A stretch of 64,000 bases of DNA from Planctomycetota bacterium. GTDB taxonomy: Bacteria; Planctomycetota; UBA11346. The DNA lies in NCBI GenBank assembly GCA_014193115.1, contig BJHQ01000002.1, positions 3,975-67,974 on the forward strand, read 5' to 3'. Of the stretch, positions 43,318 through 53,465 are shown piece by piece. Position numbers and translations under genes: made by a program. The stretch's first letter is position 1. Each line of letters begins with the position of its first letter. Below the pieces are notes generated by a model, which worked only from the letters and a program-made list of their open reading frames with translations, was not told the DNA's origin and did not search any database.

Positions 43318-43860
43318 TCAGAACACCTTCAGGGCGACGCCGACACCGATGGTGGCTGCGCCCATGATGCCGCCGATCACCCCGCCGACCAGGACATCGC
43401 TGGGATAATGCAGGCCGAGCACCAGCCGCGACAGGGCGACCAGGACGGTCAACGGGACCAGCACCCAGGCCAGGGGATGCAGGTACCAGCTGGCGACGAT
43501 GGTGAACATCACCGCATGCAAGGTGTGGCCGCTGGGGAAGCTGAAGCGGTCGAGCGGTGCCACTGTGAGCTGGAGGGAGGCTTCGACCTCGCTCGGGCGA
43601 GGCCGGCGGGTCTTGCCCTTGATCCACTTATAAAGCCAGGTGCAGAGCAGTCCGCCCACCGCCATCAGGCACGACACCCGCACCGCCTGCCATCCGCCCC
43701 ACAAGGGCAGGGTCAGGATCAGGCAGTACCAGATCCAACCGTCGCCGACCCGGCTGATGGCCGCGAACATCCTGCCCCAGAACCGCATCCGGTTCACTTG
43801 GTTGAATGCCTGGCAGGTGGAAACCTCCAGGGCCGACAGCTTCGCGAAGGCTGGGCTCAT
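43318..43860 (-). CDS. PAP2-family lipid phosphatase
   Basis: SFPSGHT and SRLVLGLHYPSDV (acid phosphatase motifs C2/C3) are present. An ATGA overlap links it to the upstream glycosyltransferase stop. Confidence 0.8.
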   Translation of the reverse strand: MSPAFAKLSALEVSTCQAFNQVNRMRFWGRMFAAISRVGDGWIWYCLILTLPLWGGWQAVRVSCLMAVGGLLCTWLYKWIKGKTRRPRPSEVEASLQLTVAPLDRFSFPSGHTLHAVMFTIVASWYLHPLAWVLVPLTVLVALSRLVLGLHYPSDVLVGGVIGGIMGAATIGVGVALKVF

Positions 43861-45074
43861 GCCGCGGCTCCTGCGGGTTGCAGTTGAGCAGATGCCGCGC
43901 CGCGCACCAGCGACTCGAACCGGTCGATCACCGCGCTCCACCCGATGCCTTCGGCGACCGTCCGGGCCGTCGCGCCGAGCCGATGGCGGAGGTCGGCGTC
44001 GACCGCCGCCCGCACCGCCTGGGCGATGAAGGCTGCTTCGTCGCCATAGGGCACGATCAGGGCATTTTCCTGGTGGATGGCATGGCGTTCGGCAGCGGCG
44101 TAACGGAATCCGATCGCTGCCAGCCCCGAGGCCATGGCTTCGAGCAGGACATTGCCGAAGGTTTCTGACATGCTGGGGAAGAGGAAAATATCTGCGCTGG
44201 CGTAGTGCCGGGACAGATCAGCGGTGGGCAGGGCGCCGGTGAACCGGGCGTCGGGATGGGTTCTGGCCAGGGACTCGCGCAGCGGTCCGTCGCCCACCGC
44301 CACCAGCAGCGGTGGACGCTGGCCAAGCTCACGGCAGCGTCGCACAGCCGCCTGCCAGGCACGCAGCGCCAGGGGAATGTTCTTCTCTTGGGCGACCCGG
44401 CCGACGTGCAGCATCACCACATCATTGGGCTCGGCGCCCCAGGATCGGCGCAGGTCCTGGTCGCGGTGGGCGGGATCGAACAGGGTGGTATCGACGCCAC
44501 GGGCCATGGTGGCGAGGTTCCGGAAGCCCTCGGCCGCCAGCCGGGTCGCCAGATCGTCGCTGGGAACCATGGTGACTTTCGTGCGGTTGTGGAACCGACG
44601 CAGGTAGCCGACCACTGGACCGCGGAGGAACCCGCAGCCGTACAATCGGCTGTAATCGTGAAAATTGGTGTGAAAACTCGATGAAACCGGCAGATGCAAG
44701 CGCTCCGCGACGTTGAGCGCGGACAGCCCGAGGGGACCTTCGGTGGCGATGTGGACCAAGTCGGGCAGGTCCGCGGTCCAACGCCGTTCCAAGGCGGCCT
44801 GCGACGGCAATCCGAAGCGCAGATGACGATAGGTCGGGATCGGGAACCCAGGGCGAAGGATTTCCTGAAATCCGTCCGTCTCCATCGCGTCGCCCGCCGG
44901 ATCGCCGGGCTGGCGGGGGCGGATCACATCCATCCGGTGTCCGCGGCTGGACATGCCTTCGACCAGGCGACGCAGGGTCATCGCCACCCCGTTGATCTCG
45001 GGGGGGAACGTTTCTGTGACCAGCGCCACATGCAGTGGACCAGGCACGACAGCCGAGGCAGCGGGGGCGATCAT
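43857..45074 (-). CDS. GT4-family (GT-B) glycosyltransferase
   Basis: VALVTETFPPEINGVAMTL at the N-terminus and FLFPSMSETFGNVLLEAMASG (the E-X7-E region) are present. Confidence 0.85.
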   Translation of the reverse strand: MIAPAASAVVPGPLHVALVTETFPPEINGVAMTLRRLVEGMSSRGHRMDVIRPRQPGDPAGDAMETDGFQEILRPGFPIPTYRHLRFGLPSQAALERRWTADLPDLVHIATEGPLGLSALNVAERLHLPVSSSFHTNFHDYSRLYGCGFLRGPVVGYLRRFHNRTKVTMVPSDDLATRLAAEGFRNLATMARGVDTTLFDPAHRDQDLRRSWGAEPNDVVMLHVGRVAQEKNIPLALRAWQAAVRRCRELGQRPPLLVAVGDGPLRESLARTHPDARFTGALPTADLSRHYASADIFLFPSMSETFGNVLLEAMASGLAAIGFRYAAAERHAIHQENALIVPYGDEAAFIAQAVRAAVDADLRHRLGATARTVAEGIGWSAVIDRFESLVRGAASAQLQPAGAAA

Positions 45075-45215
45075 GTTGGTGAAATGCCTGGTCAAGGTTG
45101 TACCATAGCATTGCAAATGGCCAATGTGCCAATCATGAAGAATTCGTGAGGGGGCCAGATTGACCCGCCTAGCGATGGTCCTGGCGGATGGGACAGGGTC
45201 GACCTGCGCCGTCCA

Positions 45216-46637
45216 ATGACCATGGAATCAATCTCCGTCTTGCTGACTGTAGCCACCATGAGCCTGCGATTGTGCCTTCTGTTGCTGGTGGCCTGGTCCG
45301 AAGCGTCCGAGGTCTGGACGAAAATGGCGTCAGATCGCTTCGACGCCCAGCTGACGGCGGTCTGCGCTGAACCCGATCCCGGTCGGCGTCCAGCCCTGGT
45401 CACTGCCGATTTGATGACCTCCGGCCTGACTTCGGAGCAAATCCTGGCACTGGCTGACCGGTCGTTGCCGCCGGATGGGCCGCAGCGGCCTGGACACCAG
45501 GTACCCTGGCCGCTGCCGGACAGCACCTGCGCCTGGTTCAGCCTGCTGCTGCCGCCGGGCTATGATCCGGTGCGGCCGTGGCCGATGGTGGTGCTACTCA
45601 ACCCGCCAAGCCAGCGCACCGAGGCGCTGCTCGGGTCACTTGGCACCAGATGCGCGCGCGCCGGCTGGATCGTGCTGGCGCCTGCCCTGGGCGGGTTCAC
45701 CGCCGGAGAACGCGCACAGGACTGGACCGATGACTTGCCGCGCAAAGCGGTCCTCGATCTGGTTGCTTGGTCCGTGCGCCAATACCGCGTCGATTCCCGC
45801 CGTTTGGCCCTGGTCGGCGGCGAAGGCGCCTGGCTGCTGGCGCGAGCCGAGCCGCGCTTATGGCAGGCGGTGGCCCTGGCCGACGTGGTGCCAGCTCGCC
45901 TGCCTTCCGATCAGCCGGAACGCTATGCGGGATTGGCGCTGCGCGCCGGCACCGATCCCCGCCGGGACCTGCGCCGGGCAGGCGAAATGCGCAAAGCCGT
46001 GGAAGATTGGAAGACGTTTGCGGTGCAGGGGGACTTTGCGGAGGACGACGGCGAGTCCGCGCCATCGGTCGCGGCCTGGTTGGGCGCCCGAGCACCTCGG
46101 GCTGCCTCGCCGCTGCCGATGTTGCTCGCCGCCAAGCCGTTTTGGGCCGATTGGTCGGATCCGTTATCCCTGGCCAGTGACCCGGCGATGGATCTGATCA
46201 CCAATGGCCAATCCGCAAAAGCCGTGTCCCTGCTCAGCGATCGGCTGCGGGCCAAACCGAGCCGGCGCGATCATCTGCTCCGGGCCTATGCCCATCTGCC
46301 AGCGCTGCTCGATCCGCTGCCGGGCCAAGGCGGGAATTTTCCCGCGGCAAAGTGGCCTGTGGCGGCCGAGGACGCCGCGCTCAGCGACCTTGACCGATCC
46401 GTGCGTCTGGCTCCCGATCCTTCGCCGGCCCTGGTGGCGACGGCATTCCGCTTGGCTGCGACGATTCATGCCCGGCGCACCTTGGCGCTGATCCCTGCCG
46501 GAGGCACCGCCTGGGAGGTTCCCCATCAGGCCTTCGTCAGCGCCCTGCGCACGGCGTTTCTGCACCGGCCTGACGACCTGGCGATTGCAGCACTGAATGC
46601 GCTGGTCACTCCTCGGCTTCCCCCTCCGAAAAAATGA
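45216..46637 (+). CDS. Secreted alpha/beta-hydrolase-fold-like protein lacking the nucleophile Ser, with helical C-terminal domain
   Basis: It has a signal-like MSLRLCLLLLVAWSEA. The core PMVVLLNPP...GWIVLAPAL...LALVGGEGAWLL has Glu where the GxSxG Ser is expected. The start is uncertain (45216 or 45258). Confidence 0.6.
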   Translation: MTMESISVLLTVATMSLRLCLLLLVAWSEASEVWTKMASDRFDAQLTAVCAEPDPGRRPALVTADLMTSGLTSEQILALADRSLPPDGPQRPGHQVPWPLPDSTCAWFSLLLPPGYDPVRPWPMVVLLNPPSQRTEALLGSLGTRCARAGWIVLAPALGGFTAGERAQDWTDDLPRKAVLDLVAWSVRQYRVDSRRLALVGGEGAWLLARAEPRLWQAVALADVVPARLPSDQPERYAGLALRAGTDPRRDLRRAGEMRKAVEDWKTFAVQGDFAEDDGESAPSVAAWLGARAPRAASPLPMLLAAKPFWADWSDPLSLASDPAMDLITNGQSAKAVSLLSDRLRAKPSRRDHLLRAYAHLPALLDPLPGQGGNFPAAKWPVAAEDAALSDLDRSVRLAPDPSPALVATAFRLAATIHARRTLALIPAGGTAWEVPHQAFVSALRTAFLHRPDDLAIAALNALVTPRLPPPKK

Positions 46638-46847
46638 CACCGAGGGAACAGAGCTGCGGGTCGAGCGATTACTGCGCTGAATCCAACGTCGCCGGATCTT
46701 TACAATGCCTGCGCAAACCGGTGTGGCTGGCCGCTTGCTGGTGACCTGGCAGGCCGCCTGCCGGCGCCGTGGCTGTTCGCGCAAGGTCCCTGGCGAGCGT
46801 CCGACCCAACGATCCGATCACCTGCGAACAACCGATCCGAGCGCTCC

Positions 46848-47579
46848 ATGACCGTCCCCGTTGCCCCCGATCCGCGTATCGCAGCGCTTTCCGCTGCCTG
46901 TGCCGGGGCTGATCCTGCCACCGTCGTCGAACGCACCTTGGCGGTGTACGGATCCGAGTGCGCCATCGCCTTCAGCGGCGCCGAGGACGTGCTGCTGATC
47001 GAGTACGCCCGATTGACCGGGCATCCGTTCCGGGTGTTCAGCCTCGACACCGGTCGGCTGCACCCCGAGACCTACCGGCTGTTCGCGGCGGTCGAGGAAC
47101 GCTTCAAAATCCGCATCGAATACTGCTTTCCTGAAGCAGCTGCGGTCGAACGGCTGGTCCGCAGCAAGGGCCAGTTCAGCTTCTATCGCGATGGCCACGG
47201 CGAATGCTGCGGCATCCGCAAGGTCGAGCCGCTGCGCCGCCAGCTGTCCGGCCTGAAGGCGTGGATCACCGGCCAGCGCCGCGACCAGAGTCCGACCCGA
47301 GCCGAAGTTGCGGTCGTTCAGCGCGATCCGGCCTTCACCGGGTTGAACGGCGGTGTACTCGCCAAAATCAATCCGTTGGCGGCCGCCAGCCTGGCCGAGG
47401 TGTGGGCGGCGATCCGCGCCTATGAACTGCCGTTCAACTCCCTGCACGAACGCGGATTCATCAGCATCGGCTGCGAACCGTGCACCCGTCCGATCCAGCC
47501 CGGCCAGCACGAACGGGAGGGACGCTGGTGGTGGGAGGAATCGACCAAGAAGGAATGCGGCCTGCACGCGGCGAAGTGA
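46848..47579 (+). CDS. cysH: Adenylyl-sulfate / phosphoadenylyl-sulfate reductase (thioredoxin-dependent, Fe-S type)
   Basis: [13 protein letters not shown], the [10 protein letters not shown] plus CEPCT cysteine cluster, and the C-terminal ECGLH are present. Confidence 0.9.
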   Translation: MTVPVAPDPRIAALSAACAGADPATVVERTLAVYGSECAIAFSGAEDVLLIEYARLTGHPFRVFSLDTGRLHPETYRLFAAVEERFKIRIEYCFPEAAAVERLVRSKGQFSFYRDGHGECCGIRKVEPLRRQLSGLKAWITGQRRDQSPTRAEVAVVQRDPAFTGLNGGVLAKINPLAAASLAEVWAAIRAYELPFNSLHERGFISIGCEPCTRPIQPGQHEREGRWWWEESTKKECGLHAAK

Positions 47580-47637
47580 CTTCTGCCAGGTCCTGAACCA
47601 CCAGAAGGTCGAGGGGAATTAAAGCGGTTCCCGTGAT

Positions 47638-48537
47638 TCAGATGCCCCACGCGGCCCTGGCTTCGGTCATCGATTTCTGCTTGCCGGTGAGCCAGGTGGT
47701 GTGGCCGGATGGATCCTTGCCGTCGCGCCGCACCCAGCGTTCATCCGCCGGCTCGGCTGCAGGCTGGTAGCGGGTGTCGGCAGAAAGACGCAGCCGATCG
47801 GTGGTGTTGGTCAGCGAGGCGTGCAACGTGAACATGCCGAACAGGACCGCATCTCCGGCGCGGAATTCAGTCGTTGCCCATCGTCCGCCGAACCGTTCGG
47901 TGATCTCGCCCGGGTCGCTGGTGAACCAGCCGTTCACCACATCGCGATCGACATCCATCCGGCCATAGGTCTGACGCAGGCGGCGGAAGCCGTCGAGGCG
48001 ATGGGAGCCGACACATACCACAAGTCCGCCGAGCGCGGTGTCGATGTCGCCGAGCGGAGTCCAGCAGGTCATCAGGCGGCGCGAACCACGGCCCATGTAC
48101 ACCGCATCGACGTGGGCACCGGTGGCCCCGCCGTTGGGCACCGCCCGGCTCCAGGTGAAATCGAACCGGCGCACATCGCCTGCGAAATAACGCTGAAAGA
48201 AATCAAGGATCGGGGCTCCTCCCACCACCTTGAGCAGCTCGCCGCCTTGATCCAATCCGCGGCCGCTCACCCGGCCGCCAGGCAGCAATCGGCCCTCGTC
48301 GAGAGGTGACCCGGGGTCGAGCACGCCCTGGTCACGGATCGTCGCCAGCATCTCAGCTCGCGCCGCCAGGACCTGGCCGCGATCGTGCAGGCCGCGCACC
48401 AGCAGGTAGCCGTCTTCGGCGAAGCGCGCCTGAAGCTCGTCGATATCATCCAAAAGATCATTGCAATCACGCATTTCCACCAGATCGGCGGATGGGAAGG
48501 TCGGTTCGCGGGTGAGGAATCGGACGGGTTTGCTCAT
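47638..48537 (-). CDS. Phytanoyl-CoA dioxygenase (PhyH) family Fe(II)/2-oxoglutarate oxygenase
   Basis: FAEDGYLLVRGL, GAHVDAVYM (HxD) and FTLHASL are present. Confidence 0.8.
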   Translation of the reverse strand: MSKPVRFLTREPTFPSADLVEMRDCNDLLDDIDELQARFAEDGYLLVRGLHDRGQVLAARAEMLATIRDQGVLDPGSPLDEGRLLPGGRVSGRGLDQGGELLKVVGGAPILDFFQRYFAGDVRRFDFTWSRAVPNGGATGAHVDAVYMGRGSRRLMTCWTPLGDIDTALGGLVVCVGSHRLDGFRRLRQTYGRMDVDRDVVNGWFTSDPGEITERFGGRWATTEFRAGDAVLFGMFTLHASLTNTTDRLRLSADTRYQPAAEPADERWVRRDGKDPSGHTTWLTGKQKSMTEARAAWGI

Positions 48538-48622
48538 CCCCGCAGGCTAGCAGAGTGGGTCCGGCGGCGTCAGTCACGGATCGGTCGCATTGCACGATCT
48601 GGTCGTGCGCCAGGATACGGTC

Positions 48623-49435
48623 ATGGCAACGCCCCAGGTATTCGCGCCATCAACCGTCGTCGGTGCCGGTACGATCAGGGCCAAGCGCGGCACGGTCGAG
48701 GACCGGGTGCTGGGAAGGCATGCACTGGTGCTGATCGTTGCAGGCCACGGATGGTTCCGCAGCGGTCGGGAACCTCGCAGGACGGTGACCGCGGGAGATC
48801 TGCTGGTGCTTTTCCCGGATGTTCCTCATGGCTACGGTCCAGCAGAGCCCGGGCTGTGGGATGAACACTGGGTGATGGTCAGCGGTCACCAGCCGGCGGC
48901 CTGGGAAGCCGATCTGCTCTTCGATCAGAGCCGACCGGTGCTGCATCCTGGGCGCGATGCCGGACTGGTGCGGGCCTTTGCGGCTTTGCCGGGACTCTGG
49001 CGAGGGGGGCTGGATCAGTCCCGGCTGGTGGCGCGAGTTCTCGATCTGCTGGTCGAGGCCCTTCGCCTCGACCGGGAACAGACGTTGGCCGCATCCCAGC
49101 ACCAGCGCGACACCGTCGGCCGGCTCGACGCGGCACGGAAGGAATTATCCGAGGGGTTGGAGGTGCCATGCGCCTGGGACCGGGTCGCACGCAACCACGG
49201 TTTTTCGCCAGAACGTTTCCGCAAGTTGTACCGTCTGCGGTTCGGCGTGGCTCCTGCCCGCGACCGGCTGGGCATGCGCATCGCCCTCGCCCAGAGCCTG
49301 CTGGCGGAAGGGCGGCTTGATGCTGCCGCCATCGCCGAACGCTGCGGTTTCTGCCACAGCGCCCATTTCTACCGTCATTTCCGGGCGATCGCCGGGATGA
49401 CTCCCGCGGCTTGGCGCCAGATGGCAGCTGGCTGA
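48623..49435 (+). CDS. AraC-family transcriptional regulator (cupin + HTH)
   Basis: It has an N-terminal cupin-like region (GDLLVLFPDVPHGYGP) and a C-terminal HTH (CGFCHSAHFYRHFRAIAGMTPAAWR). It is divergent from the PhyH gene. Confidence 0.85.
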   Translation: MATPQVFAPSTVVGAGTIRAKRGTVEDRVLGRHALVLIVAGHGWFRSGREPRRTVTAGDLLVLFPDVPHGYGPAEPGLWDEHWVMVSGHQPAAWEADLLFDQSRPVLHPGRDAGLVRAFAALPGLWRGGLDQSRLVARVLDLLVEALRLDREQTLAASQHQRDTVGRLDAARKELSEGLEVPCAWDRVARNHGFSPERFRKLYRLRFGVAPARDRLGMRIALAQSLLAEGRLDAAAIAERCGFCHSAHFYRHFRAIAGMTPAAWRQMAAG

Positions 49436-49603
49436 TCCATGAAAAAGCAGATGAAGCGCCAGCCGCCGAACTCACGCTCAACGGAGGCGGACTTGCGCCG
49501 TTAATATTGGCAATCCGCGCTGTGCCACGAATCCCTGAACGGCGCCAAGCACGATCACGTTCGTCACCTGGTCCGCAGTCTCCAGTTCCGCGAAAGCCGC
49601 TCC

Positions 49604-51595
49604 ATGAAATGTCCTGTGTTCCTGGCCCTGGTCGTCTGTTCCGGACTCGGCGCAGGTGAATCCGTCGCCGTATCGCTCACAGGACGGTGCCTGCGGGTCA
49701 ATGGTTTCGAAGCCATTCCACGCGGCATCTTCGGAGTCCATGCCGCACCGGTGACGCCGGAATCGGCGGCCGATCTCGGCATCGAATGCACCCGTCACAT
49801 CATCACTCAGCCAGGAGCGAGCTCGGGCATCTTCACCCGTGATGGAATCCTCGATCCGGCCAGGTCGAAGCTTCCGGTGTTCATCGACTGCCAAGGGGAC
49901 CGCTTCCAGCGGCCGCAGTGTCTCCGCAGCCCGTCCACCTGGAAGGAGCAATGCAGCGAAGTCGGCCGCAAACAGGGCGAACTGTGGCGGCGCATCACCG
50001 CCGAAACCGGTCAGCTCGGCGCGACCCAATGGTGGAACGAACCATACCTGAACTGGGCCGAGCGCTCCGCTGGAGGCGCTGCCAGTACGATCAATCAGGA
50101 ATGCTACGATCTGGACAAGGCCGTCGAAGGCGGACCTGTTACCATCAAGGGCTGGAGCGAGCCTCTGACCCATTTCCGCTGGCGTGGCCGCTGGCCGGTG
50201 CGCTACCGCGAACGGACCGATGCCAAAACCGGCAAGGCCACCCAGGATCGGGTCATCGGCTGGAGTGTTCCGATGCCTGCCGACGCTAAAATTGGCGACA
50301 AAGTCCGCGGTTCCGCAAATCGCTATTGGGCCGAGCCCGGTGTCGAATACGAGTGGACGATCGAGCAGATCTGGTACCCGGTGGATCCGACCGCGGTGGG
50401 GTACTGGTCGGGGCGGCAGAACCTTGATTTCTACCGCTGGACCTTCGCTCCGTGGGCGCAGTCGCTGCGCGCCGCAAATCCCGCAGTGACCATCTTGGCC
50501 GGCTGGGATTTCAATTACGATGCAGGATACTGGTCGGCATGGAGCGAACTGTACCGGCCGTTGTTGAAAGAATTTCCGACCCTGATCGATGGCCTTACCG
50601 AGCATCATTACGGGATTCCACCCGAGCGGGTCCAGGCGTGGTACGAAGTCGGCACCGCCGACGCGTGGGCGATCACCGGTCGTTTCCTGCGCAACTGGAA
50701 CACCGAATGCCAGGGCGTGCTCGACCCAGCGGTGTACGGCGGTTCGAGCAATGCCAGTGGGGAGGAGACCGCAGAGAAACGCCTCTGGGAAGCCAGTTAC
50801 AGCCTGGCCGACGTGATCGGCATGTGTGCCCGCATGCCTGACAAGGTCGGATCCCGAACGGTACATAATTTCGCAGGATCATCCTGGTGGAGCGAATGCG
50901 GCGCAGCCTGGGCCCTGCGCCTGCTGAAGCCGCTGCGCGGTCGCCTGCTCGAAGTCGCGGATCACGATGACCGGTTGTACATCGCTGCCGCCTGGCGGGC
51001 TGAAGGCACCGGTTCGATCGCGCTCTACAATCAGCGCACCGACGCGGTGGATGTGCGCCTTGACCTGAAAACCGTTTTGCCGCCGGCCCGGGCCAAGAAT
51101 CCGGCTTCCACCGTGACCATGCGTTTTTTATCGAGCGATGAATGCGGCCTGCTTGAGATCAAAGAGACGCCCTTGCTCATGGATGCCGATGGCGTTGTGA
51201 ACGTGCCCTTGGCATCGCGCACCGGAGTCCTGCTGACCACCGGCCGGCTCACCGTCGCTGGAACCGTTGAACGTCAGCAATTCTTCGCGAAAGAAGGAGC
51301 TCTCCATCGTTCCACGGCGATCGATCAACCGTTGACCCAGACCATCAACCTGCCTGCGGCGGTGCTCAAGGCGGCTGATTCGTTTGCTTTGCGGATCATG
51401 GTCGATGGCCCCACCGATGGCGCCACGCTCACCGTGAATGGCGAACCGGTCGTGTGGAGCCAGCATTTGCCGGTGACGGATGTGCAGCTCATGCCGAAGC
51501 AACTGGTCTCTGGTGACAACGTCATCGTCGTTCGCCTGCCCAAGGATTCGATCCTGGGCACCGCCAGCGTGCTGATCGACACCGTCCTGCCCTGA
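49604..51595 (+). CDS. Secreted clan GH-A-like (TIM-barrel) glycoside hydrolase candidate
   Basis: It has the signal peptide MKCPVFLALVVCSGLGAGES. QWWNEPY is an NEP acid/base-like motif and GLTEHHYG is a nucleophile-like TE motif. I cannot assign a GH family. Confidence 0.55.
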   Translation: MKCPVFLALVVCSGLGAGESVAVSLTGRCLRVNGFEAIPRGIFGVHAAPVTPESAADLGIECTRHIITQPGASSGIFTRDGILDPARSKLPVFIDCQGDRFQRPQCLRSPSTWKEQCSEVGRKQGELWRRITAETGQLGATQWWNEPYLNWAERSAGGAASTINQECYDLDKAVEGGPVTIKGWSEPLTHFRWRGRWPVRYRERTDAKTGKATQDRVIGWSVPMPADAKIGDKVRGSANRYWAEPGVEYEWTIEQIWYPVDPTAVGYWSGRQNLDFYRWTFAPWAQSLRAANPAVTILAGWDFNYDAGYWSAWSELYRPLLKEFPTLIDGLTEHHYGIPPERVQAWYEVGTADAWAITGRFLRNWNTECQGVLDPAVYGGSSNASGEETAEKRLWEASYSLADVIGMCARMPDKVGSRTVHNFAGSSWWSECGAAWALRLLKPLRGRLLEVADHDDRLYIAAAWRAEGTGSIALYNQRTDAVDVRLDLKTVLPPARAKNPASTVTMRFLSSDECGLLEIKETPLLMDADGVVNVPLASRTGVLLTTGRLTVAGTVERQQFFAKEGALHRSTAIDQPLTQTINLPAAVLKAADSFALRIMVDGPTDGATLTVNGEPVVWSQHLPVTDVQLMPKQLVSGDNVIVVRLPKDSILGTASVLIDTVLP

Positions 51596-51815
51596 ATCGC
51601 TTTTGTTGGCGAGAATCCGAACATCGCTCCGATGGCGATCAGTTGACTGACGATGTCTGATGGCGCCGGCGTCACGCCGGTGCCTCAAGATCCAGTCGAC
51701 CGGCCTATCGACCATCCAGCGATTCGGGACTCCAGCTCCCACGCGAGGTCCATCCACTGACGCGCTGCACGGCGGGCCTTGGCGCCGGAGCGGTTCCCGG
51801 TCTGCTGCCAACGCG

Positions 51816-53465
51816 ATGCATTTTCTCCTCCATGACCTCGCCGCGGCAGTTATCGCCGCGACCCTCGCCGGATTGGCGGCGCACCTGCTGCGCCAGCCGG
51901 TGATCCTGGGCTATCTGGTGGCCGGGGCCGCGGTCGGGCCGCTGGGGCTGAACCTGGTCCACGATCAGCAATCGATCGAGACGCTGAGCGAACTCGGCTT
52001 GATCCTGCTGCTGTTCGTGATCGGCCTGGAGATGGACCTGCGGGCGCTGGCCGGATCCGGCCGCCAGCTGCTGGTCGCAGGTTTCGGCCAGTTTCCGCTC
52101 TCGGTCGCTCTCGGCTGCGCTGGTTTCGCCGCGCTCGGCTACGGTCTGGTCGCACCATCCGCCGAAGGGCTGTACCTGGCCTTGGCCTGTTCGCTCTCCT
52201 CCACCGCCATCGTGGTCAAACTGCTCGCTGATCGGGTCGAGCTCGACACCAGTCCAGGGCGTATCACCGTCGGCGTGCTGGTGGTGCAGGATCTGTTCGC
52301 GATCCTGGTGCTCGCCTTCCAACCGAGTCTTGGTCATCCGGCTCCCGGACCGATCGCCTGGGCTCTGTTTGGCGGCACGGTTCTGGTGGCTGGCGGTTGG
52401 CTCGCCACCCGCTTCGTTGTCGGACCACTGTTCGGATCGATCCATCGCAGCCCCGAACTGGTGGTGGCCACGGCCATCGGCTGGTGCGCCCTGGGCGCCG
52501 CCGCGGCCCACGGGCTCGGCTTGTCCACCGCCATGGGCGCGCTGGTCGCCGGTCTGGCGTTGGCGTCGTCGCCGTATCGTCTGCATGTGACGGCGAAGAC
52601 CTTGCCGCTGCGCGATTTTTTCCTGACCTTGTTCTTCGTGTCGCTGGGCTTGCGGATTCCTGCCCCGACCGTGGCGCTGGCGATCCCGGTGACCTTGGCC
52701 ACGGCCTTCACCGTGCTCAGCCGCTTCGCCACCATCGCTCCGTTCCTGATCGCTACCGGCGCCGGCCGGCGCACCGCCTTCATCGCCAGCCTCAATCTCG
52801 CCCAAGTCAGCGAATTCTCCCTCGTCATCGTCGCTTTAGGCGTGCACCACCAGCACATCGGCGCCGACCTGGAAGGCGTGGTGGTCTATGCCTTGGCGGT
52901 GACCGCCCTGCTGTCGTCGTATGCGATCCGTTGGTCGCATCCGTTGTGGCTGGCCTGCGATTGGACGTGTGGCGCAATCGGACTCGGCCGGGCCCACCGC
53001 GAGCACCGCGAAGAGGCCACCTGCGACCGCCATGCCATCGCGGTGCTTGGCGTCCATCGCACGGCCCGCGCGTTGATCGACCGTCTGGCCCAGGATGACC
53101 CGGAACTGCTCGCCCAGGTGCTGGTGGTGGATTTCAACCTGGAAGTCCTGCGGGAATTGAAACAGCGCGGCATTGCCGGTGCCTTCGGTGACCTGGCCAG
53201 CGCCGACACGCTCCATCATGCCCACTTGGAACACGCCCGGGTGATCGTGCTGACCATTCCTGACATGTTGTTGAAAGGCACCGATACCCGCACCTTGGTC
53301 GCGACCTGCCGTGGGATCGCCCCGCATGCAGTGATCATCGCTGGGGCGGACACGCCGCGTCAGGCCGAGGAGCTGGAGCGCCGCGGCGCCAGCATCGTGG
53401 TGCCCGCCCATGATCTGCTTGGTGACCGGTTCGCCGCCCTGGTTCGTGAACGTTTGGCGTCCTGA
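51816..53465 (+). CDS. CPA2 (Kef-type) cation:proton antiporter with C-terminal TrkA-N/RCK domain
   Basis: It has an N-terminal multi-TM Na_H exchanger pattern (LGYLVAGAAVGPLGL, LLLFVIGLEMD) and a Rossmann-like IAVLGVHRTARALIDRL. Confidence 0.85.
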   Translation: MHFLLHDLAAAVIAATLAGLAAHLLRQPVILGYLVAGAAVGPLGLNLVHDQQSIETLSELGLILLLFVIGLEMDLRALAGSGRQLLVAGFGQFPLSVALGCAGFAALGYGLVAPSAEGLYLALACSLSSTAIVVKLLADRVELDTSPGRITVGVLVVQDLFAILVLAFQPSLGHPAPGPIAWALFGGTVLVAGGWLATRFVVGPLFGSIHRSPELVVATAIGWCALGAAAAHGLGLSTAMGALVAGLALASSPYRLHVTAKTLPLRDFFLTLFFVSLGLRIPAPTVALAIPVTLATAFTVLSRFATIAPFLIATGAGRRTAFIASLNLAQVSEFSLVIVALGVHHQHIGADLEGVVVYALAVTALLSSYAIRWSHPLWLACDWTCGAIGLGRAHREHREEATCDRHAIAVLGVHRTARALIDRLAQDDPELLAQVLVVDFNLEVLRELKQRGIAGAFGDLASADTLHHAHLEHARVIVLTIPDMLLKGTDTRTLVATCRGIAPHAVIIAGADTPRQAEELERRGASIVVPAHDLLGDRFAALVRERLAS

